Made by a program: the position numbers and the translations under genes. DNA of 64,000 nucleotides from Nitrosarchaeum sp. (lineage in GTDB: Archaea > Thermoproteota > Nitrososphaeria > Nitrososphaerales > Nitrosopumilaceae). The notes under the pieces are model-generated. The model was not told the origin of the DNA, did no database searches, and worked only from the letters and a program-made list of their open reading frames with translations. This document shows, piece by piece, positions 9,616 through 17,521 of this stretch (positions are counted from its first letter, which is position 1; every line of letters begins with the position of its first letter). The DNA lies in contig DASSYQ010000057.1 of NCBI GenBank assembly GCA_035703205.1, forward strand, positions 25,369 to 89,368, in the 5' to 3' direction.

Positions 9616-9854
9616 ACACCTATGTTTCTACTCAATAGTAACATAATGATAACTAAATTTAGAGAGTAAAGAAGAGAATAGTTATTCTAGTTTAGTTTGT
9701 AATTAATTATTTTTAGTTAGATTTTAGATTTTCAATAAAAAAAAATAAAAAAATAACAGAGTGGAAAGACAGGTGTGTGGGTTAATCCAAACCATATCCA
9801 TTGTTAACAATTTGTTAATTTTATGTTAAGAAATCTTCCAAAAAGGGCATTTTG

Positions 9855-9877
9855 ACCCCTTTATTTCCATTCCAGGC
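9855..9877. repeat. ORB-like repeat, copy 1 (ACCCCTTTATTTCCATTCCAGGC)
   Basis: Identical 23-mer to 9917-9939. The reverse complement GCCTGGAATGGAAATAAAGGGGT has a TGGAA-type element followed by a G-string. Confidence 0.65.
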
Positions 9878-9916
9878 GTTAAGATTGATGTTAACACTGT
9901 TAATCTCCTAAAACAT

Positions 9917-9939
9917 ACCCCTTTATTTCCATTCCAGGC
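9917..9939. repeat. ORB-like repeat, copy 2 (ACCCCTTTATTTCCATTCCAGGC)
   Basis: Perfect direct repeat of 9855-9877, 62 bp downstream. Confidence 0.65.
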
Positions 9940-10099
9940 ATGGATAGAGAGAGAAATAATGATAAATTGATTATTATATTGTTAATAACAAAAAACACTC
10001 TAGGCGTGGTCTAGGCAGTCAATGTTAACAAACCTCTTAGTTAACAAATATTCTGGGATCAATTGAACTGTTAACGGTAGATCCTCATAGATCTTAAAG

Positions 10100-10495
10100 A
10101 TGGCTAAAAAACGCATTAGAATTGATATGGAAGATGCTGATGGAGCACGATATGACATCAAATTAGAGGGTAATGTTACTAGAGAAAAAGTTCTAAAAAT
10201 ATTTGAAATGATGGACTTGATGAATATAGAAGAGGAGCAGGTTACTACCACTAATATGGATTCAATAGGCTCAAAAATATGGCATATTGTAGACAAGTTT
10301 TTCCCATTAGGAAAATTCACATCTACAAATATACTTGAAAAATATGAGGATGAATACAACGAGCCTGTAAAACTAAGTATAATCTCTACATATCTGTCCA
10401 GATTCTCTACCAAAGGTAAGATTGAAAGAATTAGAACTGGGCGTGAATGGACATATCAAATCATAAAACTAAGTCAAAAACAACAAGTTAAGTAA
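10100..10495 (+). CDS. Small origin-proximal protein with a C-terminal winged-helix-like region
   Basis: 131-aa ORF with balanced, charged composition. The overlapping minus ORF 10000..10413 is S/I/F-rich noise. The C-terminus (KLSIISTYLSRFSTKGKIERIRTGREWTYQI) looks like a wHTH recognition helix plus wing. Confidence 0.55.
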   Translation: MAKKRIRIDMEDADGARYDIKLEGNVTREKVLKIFEMMDLMNIEEEQVTTTNMDSIGSKIWHIVDKFFPLGKFTSTNILEKYEDEYNEPVKLSIISTYLSRFSTKGKIERIRTGREWTYQIIKLSQKQQVK

Positions 10496-10649
10496 TTGTA
10501 ATTTTACGCACAATAAGACGGTCTTTACCTAAGATTACCTTGACATATTCACCTTTTTGAATATCCATATACTTACGAAATTGTTTTGGAATAGAAATGG
10601 TCCCAGCAGACGTAATTTTCACTAAGACTTCATTTTCTTGTACTGACAT
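10488..10649 (-). CDS. AbrB/SpoVT-type (swapped-hairpin) DNA-binding protein, 53 aa
   Basis: Below the track cut-off. My translation is MSVQENEVLVKITSAGTISIPKQFRKYMDIQKGEYVKVILGKDRLIVRKITIT. The G-x-I-x-IPK-x-R...G-x-V pattern is the SpoVT-AbrB signature. Confidence 0.7.
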   Translation of the reverse strand: MSVQENEVLVKITSAGTISIPKQFRKYMDIQKGEYVKVILGKDRLIVRKITIT

Positions 10650-10782
10650 AATGTTATTATAATTTAATAATATATATAATTTAATATTTTCATTTTTTTA
10701 TAAAATATAATAGAAATTACCCTTTCTAGCCTATTTTTGATAAAATAAACTAAAATTAATACTGTAAAAACATAGAAAATTA

Positions 10783-11403
10783 TTATGCAATAATAGAATT
10801 TGATTGCATTGCTTCTATCTTCTCTTTACCTTTCTTTGTAATCGAATAAGTGTATGGTTTAGTATTGGTGTTTCTTTGAACATATCCATCTTCAAATAAC
10901 TTCTTCATTAATCTTGAAGTGTGCTCCCTACTTCGTTTTAATGTGATTTGTATATCACGTGATGTCATAGATTTGTCTGTGATTAGATGTAACACATGAT
11001 CAATTGCGTTATTGTGATCTAAATTAGGCATACGATGGACAGAAATTGACTTTTCTTCTCTCAAAATTTCTGTCTTTATTGGTTCAGTAGATGATTTTTC
11101 TATAATTTGTTGATTTTTAGCTAATTTTTCTAAAAACTGCTTCAATTCTAAATTGGGGTCCTCGATCTTCTGTTCAAAACCTTGCATTTCCATAGCATCT
11201 AGGCGTATTTTCATGTCAATTAACTGTCTTTCATAGTACTCTAAACGCTCTATTTGTGATGAATCGATCATTTCATTCTTAGTTTTGATGAATGGACGTA
11301 TTTTGTAATAACTATACAAACCTACCAAACCTACAACAAATGAAATTATCACACCAAGAATCACCTCTGGATCAGGAATTTCTATTAACATCACAAAAAT
11401 CAT
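10783..11403 (-). CDS. Membrane-anchored winged-helix (MarR-like) transcription regulator
   Basis: One N-terminal TM helix (ILGVIISFVVGLVGLYSYY), a central coiled coil and a C-terminal wHTH (MTSRDIQITLKRSREHTSRLMKKLFEDGYVQRNTNTKPYTYSITKKG). Confidence 0.55.
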   Translation of the reverse strand: MIFVMLIEIPDPEVILGVIISFVVGLVGLYSYYKIRPFIKTKNEMIDSSQIERLEYYERQLIDMKIRLDAMEMQGFEQKIEDPNLELKQFLEKLAKNQQIIEKSSTEPIKTEILREEKSISVHRMPNLDHNNAIDHVLHLITDKSMTSRDIQITLKRSREHTSRLMKKLFEDGYVQRNTNTKPYTYSITKKGKEKIEAMQSNSIIA

Positions 11404-11516
11404 TCATATATTGTGATTTATCATGATTGAACAATATTATTTCACACTTTAGATGAACAAGGACACACCCACATCACAAAAAATTTAATCATATTACTAC
11501 ACTATCAATAATGATA

Positions 11517-11879
11517 TCACACATTACATGCCTGACGTATCAACCTATCAATCACATCAATGACCTCATTTTCTCTTTCAGGGAATATATCACTCTCATT
11601 TATCACACGTATCTGTTCAGAAAGCTTTGATATCACATCAATATCATCAGGTAAAAGTATGCCTAAACCACGTAATAATATGATTGAATAGAATAATGCT
11701 ATTAATTTATCTCTAGACTGGCCAACTTGCCTGTAATACGCACCTTTACTAATATTGAATTTAGAGTTTAGAAGATCTTTCTGATTTAGAATAATTTCAA
11801 TTTGTCGCTCAGTAAATAATGATTTTTTGATAATTTGATGAATAATATTATTAAAATTAGATCGTTCAAACTCTGTCAT
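11517..11879 (-). CDS. Small helix-turn-helix protein (hypothetical regulator)
   Basis: 120-aa track ORF. FTERQIEIILNQ...ISKGAYYRQVGQSRDKL resembles a sigma-r4/LuxR-like HTH. Confidence 0.4.
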   Translation of the reverse strand: MTEFERSNFNNIIHQIIKKSLFTERQIEIILNQKDLLNSKFNISKGAYYRQVGQSRDKLIALFYSIILLRGLGILLPDDIDVISKLSEQIRVINESDIFPERENEVIDVIDRLIRQACNV

Positions 11880-11943
11880 AGCTATACAAATCTGTATACC
11901 TCATCACAATTAAACTTTAAAGAGTCATCTACAAACCCCTGTT

Positions 11944-12696
11944 ATGACTGGAAATAAAGTTGAATCATTCCTAAAATCTGAATTAAAAAAGAAGAATGCA
12001 TTATTGTTTGTACTAATTGATTCTGAAGTATCAAAGTTAGAGTCATCACGGAAACTAGCACAAGACGTTGAAAAGATAGGCGTATCTGCTATACTGATAG
12101 GTGGTTCATCAGCTACGGATCAAATTGAAATGGCCGAAGTAGTCAAAGGTATCAAAAAAGGTATCAAAATACCCATCATCCTCTTTCCTGGAAATATTAC
12201 TGGAGTTGTGCCTGATGCAGATGCAATTCTTTTTAGTTCATTGATGAATTCAGAAAATCCATATTTTATTACTCAGGCACAAGCACTAGGAGCACCAAGT
12301 GTTCTCAAATTTGGATTAGAACCATTACCAACAGCTTATTTGATCATTGGAGATGGAACCTCTGCATGGTTTGTAGGTTCTGCAAGAGGAATTCCATTTG
12401 AAAAACCAAAAATTGCTGCGGCATACGCACTTGCGGCACAGTTTCTTGGAATGAGATTTGTCTATTTAGAAGCAGGTTCAGGAGCAAAATCTAGTGTTAC
12501 ACCAGAGATGGTTAAAACAGTAAGAAAAGCCTTTAATGGATTTCTTATAGTTGGTGGTGGAATTAGAGATATTAAAACTGCAACAGAACTAGTCAAAGCA
12601 GGAGCAGATGCTCTAGTTATTGGAACCTTTTTAGAAAAAGGTGGCAGTGTTAAGAAATTAGCAGAAATAGCAAAAGCAATTCAAAGAAGCAAGTAA
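11944..12696 (+). CDS. Geranylgeranylglyceryl phosphate synthase (PcrB/GGGPS family)
   Basis: 250-aa TIM-barrel pattern typical of GGGPS: LIDSE..., ILIGGS, ILFPGN, YLEAGSGA, IVGGGIR. Confidence 0.8.
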   Translation: MTGNKVESFLKSELKKKNALLFVLIDSEVSKLESSRKLAQDVEKIGVSAILIGGSSATDQIEMAEVVKGIKKGIKIPIILFPGNITGVVPDADAILFSSLMNSENPYFITQAQALGAPSVLKFGLEPLPTAYLIIGDGTSAWFVGSARGIPFEKPKIAAAYALAAQFLGMRFVYLEAGSGAKSSVTPEMVKTVRKAFNGFLIVGGGIRDIKTATELVKAGADALVIGTFLEKGGSVKKLAEIAKAIQRSK

Positions 12697-12708
12697 TAGG
12701 ATTCTATT

Positions 12709-15700
12709 ATGTCTGAAAATGATGCTATTTCTCGTATTAGTGGTATCAAAATGCCAGATTACTATCTTAATTATTACACTAATCTTTCTAAAGATACCTA
12801 TACTATTTTTGAGCATGCAGCCTTAGCAAAATCCAGTCTGGTAGATTCTTCAGGAATAATTGAGCCTAAAATTGCATTTGATTTAGCAGATCGAGTCGCT
12901 AAAATGCACGATATCGATATTGCTGAACCTTTACGAGAATTATTAAAAATAAATGGAAAAGAACTAACTGCATTAATTATATCAAAAGAAATTGCATTAG
13001 GAAAATATTCTCTAAGTGATGCTACTTTAGAACAAAAATTAGATTTAGCAGTAAGAGTAGGTTTAGCTATAGTTACAGAGGGAGTTACAATTGCTCCATT
13101 ACAAGGAATCAGTGAAGTTAAGATAAAGAAAAACAAAGATGGTAGTGAATACCTCTCTGTATCTATTGCTGGACCAATGCGTTCAGCAGGTGGAACTGAA
13201 TCAGCGGTAACAATACTTATTGCTGATCATGTACGAAAAGCAGTCGGTTTATCAAAATACCAAGCAAATTGTTTTGATGATGAAACTGGTAGATTTGTTG
13301 AAGAGCTTCGAATCTATGAAAGAGAAGCAAGTAGTTTCCAATTTCATATTCTAGATGAAGATATTGAGCATGTTATATCAAATCTACCTGTAGAGTTAGA
13401 CGGCGTAGATACGGATCCTTTTGAAGTTGTAAATCACAAAGGAATGACTCGTATTAAAACAGATAGAGTTAGAGGAGGTGCATTAAGAGTTCTAAATGAC
13501 GGATTAATTGGAAGATCTAAGAAACTACTCAAAAGAATTGAACTTTACAAATTAGATGGTTGGGAATGGCTTGGTGACCTAAAGGGAGCAATTCAAACAG
13601 GAGATAATCAAGAAGATGCTGCAGCTAAAAGAATGCGTGAAGTCATTACAGGAAGATCCGTACTATCTATGCCTAACAAACTAGGTGGTTTTAGGTTAAG
13701 ATATGGTAGAGCATGTAATACAGGATTTGCAGCTGTAGGAATTAATCCTGTAATTGCTGAAATCTTGGATCATACTATTGCTGTAGGTACTCAAGTTAAA
13801 ATTGATATTCCAGGTAAAGGTGCAACCGTAGCTTTTGTAGATTCTATTGATACACCAATTGTTCGACTAAAAAATGGTAATGTAGTGAAAATAAAGGATG
13901 TAAAACATGGAATTGAAATCAAAAGTGAAATTGAAAAAATTCTTCATTTAGGTGATATTCTAATTTCATTTGGAGATTTCTTAGAGAACAATGCTCAACT
14001 TGTACCTACAGGATATGTAGAAGAATTTTGGATTGAAGAATTAAAAGAAAAATTAGAAAAATATGCACCAAATGATGAATTTCTAACCCAATTTCTAGCA
14101 AAAACTCCTACTTTAGATCAAGCATTGAAACTATCACTAGATTTTCAAATACCATTACACCCACATTATCTGTATTACTGGGATCAAATATCTTCCGAAG
14201 AACTCTCAAAAATATTACATCCAAACAAAATCAATGAAAATTCCATCGAATATTCCATAGAAGTAAAAAACATTCTTGAAAAACTTGGTGTACCACACAA
14301 GATGAATAACAACCAAATAATTCTGGAAAAAGAAGAAGCTAGAATTTTCTATAACTTATTGTTTAGACAAGAACCAAAGATTAATGATTTGTCTACGCCT
14401 GAAATTATTTCAAAATCATCAGGAATTCAAATTAAAAACAAATTCTCAACATCAATTGGAGTTAGAATCGGAAGACCTGAAAAAGCAGCTCCTAGACAAA
14501 TGAAACCACCAACACATGTCTTATTTCCAATAAATGATAAAGGAGGTCCAACTAGAGATCTCTTAAAAGCTTCAAGACAAGATAATTTTTTCACCAATAT
14601 TTTCAACAGATATTGTAATGAATGCAATGAACCATCAATTGGAATAAAATGCTCAAACTGTGGCAATAAGACATCAATAATTTACCGCTGTGGTAACTGT
14701 CGTGATAAACTTGATAATCCATTTTGTGAAAAATGTAAACGAAAAGCATCATCTCACTCACATCAGGCATTTCCATTAAAAACAAAGTTGTTAACAGCAC
14801 AAGAAAAAATAGGGTTACGCGCACAAGAGCCATTCAAGGGAGTCAAAGAATTAATCAATCAAGATAGAATTGCAGAACCGCTAGAAAAGGGTCTAGTTAG
14901 ACAAAACTTTGGTCTTACTGTATTCAAAGATGGAACCGTACGTTTTGATGCAACAAACTCCCCTCTCACTCAATTCAAACCATCATGGATTGGAACGTCT
15001 ATTGAAAAACTAAACAGTCTAGGTTATACTCACGATATTGATGGAAAACCACTAACAAACCCAGATCAGATAGTTGAACTTCGAATGCAAGATGTTATTA
15101 TTCCAAATGAAAGTGGAAGATACCTTGTATCTACATGTAAATACATTGATACTATCTTAGAAAAATTTTATGAAAAATCGATTTTCTATAATGTTAAAAA
15201 TACAGACGAATTAGTAGGTCATCTAATAATTGGTTTAGCACCTCACACATCTGTAGGTATTGTTGGAAGAATAATCGGTTATACCGAAACACATGTTTGT
15301 TTTGCTACTCCAAATTGGCATTCTGCTAAAAGAAGAGATGCAGATGGAGATGCTGATTCTATTATGCTCTTAATGGACAGTCTTCTAAATTTTTCAAGAC
15401 AATTTCTTTCTGATAGAATAGGTGGATTAATGGATGCACCATTATTGATCCAACCTCTTGTATTACCACATGAATCTCAACCACAAGCACATAATTTAGA
15501 AGTCGTTAAATTTCTACCACTTGAGTTCTTCAAATCAACTATTCATCAATACAAAGCTTCAGATGTCACATGCGTAGATATTATCAAATCTCGTCTTGAG
15601 ACAGAAAAACAATTTTTTGGATATTACTTTACACATTCTACAACTTCTCTTACTACATCAAAATCACGTAGTGCATATTCAACACTTGGTTCTATGCTTG

Positions 15701-16086
15701 ATAAATTCGACATGCAAATTAAAAATGCTGAATTAATCGATGCAGTAGATACATCTGAAATTGTTTCAAATGTAATTTCTACACATCTAGTTCCTGATAT
15801 TATGGGCAATCTTCGTGCCTATGCTAGACAAAATTTCAGATGTACTGGTTGTGGTAAATCATATCGTAGGATACCATTAATTCAAACTTGTATCTGTGGT
15901 CATGACTTAATTCCAACAATAACTAGAGGTTCTGTCGAAAAATATCTTAAACTTGCAAAGAGATTAGTTGAAAAGTATGATGTTGGCGCATACCAAAAAG
16001 GACGAATTCATGCACTCTCTGACGAAATCGATCTAGTCTTTGGAAAAAATAAAGGTGATCAATCACTATTAACAGATTACACTTAG
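12709..16086 (+). CDS. polC: DNA polymerase II (PolD) large subunit DP2
   Basis: 1125 aa with zinc-finger clusters (CNECNEPSIGIKCSNCG; CGNCRD...CEKC; CTGCGKSYRRIPL..CICGH). The catalytic-centre-like RRDADGDADS lies in a double-psi beta-barrel context. No intein-like insertion is evident. Confidence 0.92.
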   Translation: MSENDAISRISGIKMPDYYLNYYTNLSKDTYTIFEHAALAKSSLVDSSGIIEPKIAFDLADRVAKMHDIDIAEPLRELLKINGKELTALIISKEIALGKYSLSDATLEQKLDLAVRVGLAIVTEGVTIAPLQGISEVKIKKNKDGSEYLSVSIAGPMRSAGGTESAVTILIADHVRKAVGLSKYQANCFDDETGRFVEELRIYEREASSFQFHILDEDIEHVISNLPVELDGVDTDPFEVVNHKGMTRIKTDRVRGGALRVLNDGLIGRSKKLLKRIELYKLDGWEWLGDLKGAIQTGDNQEDAAAKRMREVITGRSVLSMPNKLGGFRLRYGRACNTGFAAVGINPVIAEILDHTIAVGTQVKIDIPGKGATVAFVDSIDTPIVRLKNGNVVKIKDVKHGIEIKSEIEKILHLGDILISFGDFLENNAQLVPTGYVEEFWIEELKEKLEKYAPNDEFLTQFLAKTPTLDQALKLSLDFQIPLHPHYLYYWDQISSEELSKILHPNKINENSIEYSIEVKNILEKLGVPHKMNNNQIILEKEEARIFYNLLFRQEPKINDLSTPEIISKSSGIQIKNKFSTSIGVRIGRPEKAAPRQMKPPTHVLFPINDKGGPTRDLLKASRQDNFFTNIFNRYCNECNEPSIGIKCSNCGNKTSIIYRCGNCRDKLDNPFCEKCKRKASSHSHQAFPLKTKLLTAQEKIGLRAQEPFKGVKELINQDRIAEPLEKGLVRQNFGLTVFKDGTVRFDATNSPLTQFKPSWIGTSIEKLNSLGYTHDIDGKPLTNPDQIVELRMQDVIIPNESGRYLVSTCKYIDTILEKFYEKSIFYNVKNTDELVGHLIIGLAPHTSVGIVGRIIGYTETHVCFATPNWHSAKRRDADGDADSIMLLMDSLLNFSRQFLSDRIGGLMDAPLLIQPLVLPHESQPQAHNLEVVKFLPLEFFKSTIHQYKASDVTCVDIIKSRLETEKQFFGYYFTHSTTSLTTSKSRSAYSTLGSMLDKFDMQIKNAELIDAVDTSEIVSNVISTHLVPDIMGNLRAYARQNFRCTGCGKSYRRIPLIQTCICGHDLIPTITRGSVEKYLKLAKRLVEKYDVGAYQKGRIHALSDEIDLVFGKNKGDQSLLTDYT

Positions 16087-16091
16087 AATCT

Positions 16092-17414
16092 TTATCTTAA
16101 CTTGACGTATTCATATGCACCAAGCTTATTATCGAAACAATAATGTACTTTTTGAAAATTCTTTCTGAAAGATTTTACCTTTGAAAGAATTTTCTTAGGA
16201 TCCTTTTTCTCAATTATGACCTCTTTGATATACAATGCAATCTCTTTCATCTCATTTTGTTTCATACCAAGTCTTGTAATTTCAGAAACTCCCAGTCTTA
16301 TTCCTCCTGGGTGAAAATAATTACGACCAGCTTTAATATCGCCTGGAATAAGTTGTCTGTTGACAATGATGTTGGCTTTCTCTAAATCTGCCTCAACTTT
16401 TCCACCATCAGAATAATCTAAAACATTCACAGCTATTTGATGAGATTCTGTAAATCCTCTACTCTCTCCTAATACTTTGAATCCGGCATCATTAAGTGCT
16501 TCAGCAAACGCTTTTGCATTTTTTATAATTTGACTTGCATAATCTTTTCCAAATTCTAATGCTTCTGCAAAAGCTACTGCCTTTCCTGCCATATGATGAA
16601 TATGATGACTGCTAGTTAATCCCGGAAACGTTGCCTTCTTTATGGCTTCTTCATGTTCTTTAGAACCTAAAACAAGTCCACCTTGAGGTCCAAACAAAGT
16701 TTTATGAGTACTCATCGTCATAGTATCTGCACCTTCACGTAATGGATCTTGGAATTTTCCACCAGCAATCAATCCTGCTACATGTGCTGCATCATAATTG
16801 ATATGCATACCAAAACTCTTTAGGAAATCTGCTAATTCTTTGACGGGATGTGGAAATAAAAACAATGATCCACCAAACATTGCCATCTTTGGCACATGCC
16901 CAGTTTTCTTCAACTCTTCTACTTTTTGTTTGGTTTTATCAACATCAATTGTCATCTCCTCAGCATCAAATGGATAAAATTCAATTTCTAATCCGTGAAC
17001 CAATCCAGCAGTTCCTGAATGTTCTTTTTTACCATGAGAAATATGACCTCCAGCCGGGATTGATGGTGCTAACATGATATCACCCGGATTTGTAAAAGCA
17101 GAATATACTGCAAGATTAGCAACTACACCAGAAATAGGTCTTACATCTGCAAATTTTGCTTTGTACAACTTCTTTGCAAGTTTCATACATTCAAACTCTA
17201 CATCATCAATGTATACACATCCTGCATAGACTCTCTCACCAGGCCAACCCTCAGCATATCTATTACCAAAATCTGATATTATTGCCTCTCTAACTGCTGG
17301 GCTAGGTATATTTTCACTTGCAATTAATGGAATAGAGTTTTCAAACCATTTATGATGCTCTTTTAACTTTGAGAAAATATTATTGTAAGACTCTTTATTT
17401 GCAGACTTGACCAT
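16092..17414 (-). CDS. glyA: Serine hydroxymethyltransferase
   Basis: The PLP site context TMSTHKTLFGPQGG plus LIASEN and YAEGWPG motifs. Confidence 0.92.
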   Translation of the reverse strand: MVKSANKESYNNIFSKLKEHHKWFENSIPLIASENIPSPAVREAIISDFGNRYAEGWPGERVYAGCVYIDDVEFECMKLAKKLYKAKFADVRPISGVVANLAVYSAFTNPGDIMLAPSIPAGGHISHGKKEHSGTAGLVHGLEIEFYPFDAEEMTIDVDKTKQKVEELKKTGHVPKMAMFGGSLFLFPHPVKELADFLKSFGMHINYDAAHVAGLIAGGKFQDPLREGADTMTMSTHKTLFGPQGGLVLGSKEHEEAIKKATFPGLTSSHHIHHMAGKAVAFAEALEFGKDYASQIIKNAKAFAEALNDAGFKVLGESRGFTESHQIAVNVLDYSDGGKVEADLEKANIIVNRQLIPGDIKAGRNYFHPGGIRLGVSEITRLGMKQNEMKEIALYIKEVIIEKKDPKKILSKVKSFRKNFQKVHYCFDNKLGAYEYVKLR

Positions 17415-17521
17415 GTTTTGCGAATTGATTTTCCCAATTTAAAAACACCGATTTTAGACTATTTTATTTACGAATTTTTGATCTGCAACGTATAAAAGGG
17501 GAATCAGAGATTTTTTCATCT

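Larger units (their letters stand above)
9616..10099. other. Candidate origin of replication (oriC) region
   Basis: At 484 bp this is the largest non-coding gap I found in the window, directly upstream of orc1/cdc6. It has an A/T-only tract (~9640-9757, ending A9-T-A7-T), two perfect 23-bp repeats and 11 GTTAA motifs. Confidence 0.7.

Noticed and set aside
9855-9939. Considered whether the 23-bp direct repeats could be a minimal CRISPR array.
   Set aside because: There are only two copies with a 39-bp spacer, no further repeats, no cas genes and no leader. The position next to orc1/cdc6 and the G-string/TGGAA content fit ORB elements much better.
10000-10413. 137-aa minus-strand ORF overlapping the origin edge and the 10100..10495 gene.
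   Set aside because: Its S/I/F-rich composition is typical of an antisense shadow in AT-rich DNA. The plus-strand frame has protein-like charged composition and a wHTH-like end, and the minus ORF would run into the GTTAAC motif array.
12709-16086. Checked PolD DP2 (and the thermosome and Cdc6) for intein insertions or frameshifts.
   Set aside because: The reading frames are continuous and lengths are normal for intein-free versions. No C-terminal HN/S-T-C splice-junction blocks were noticed.
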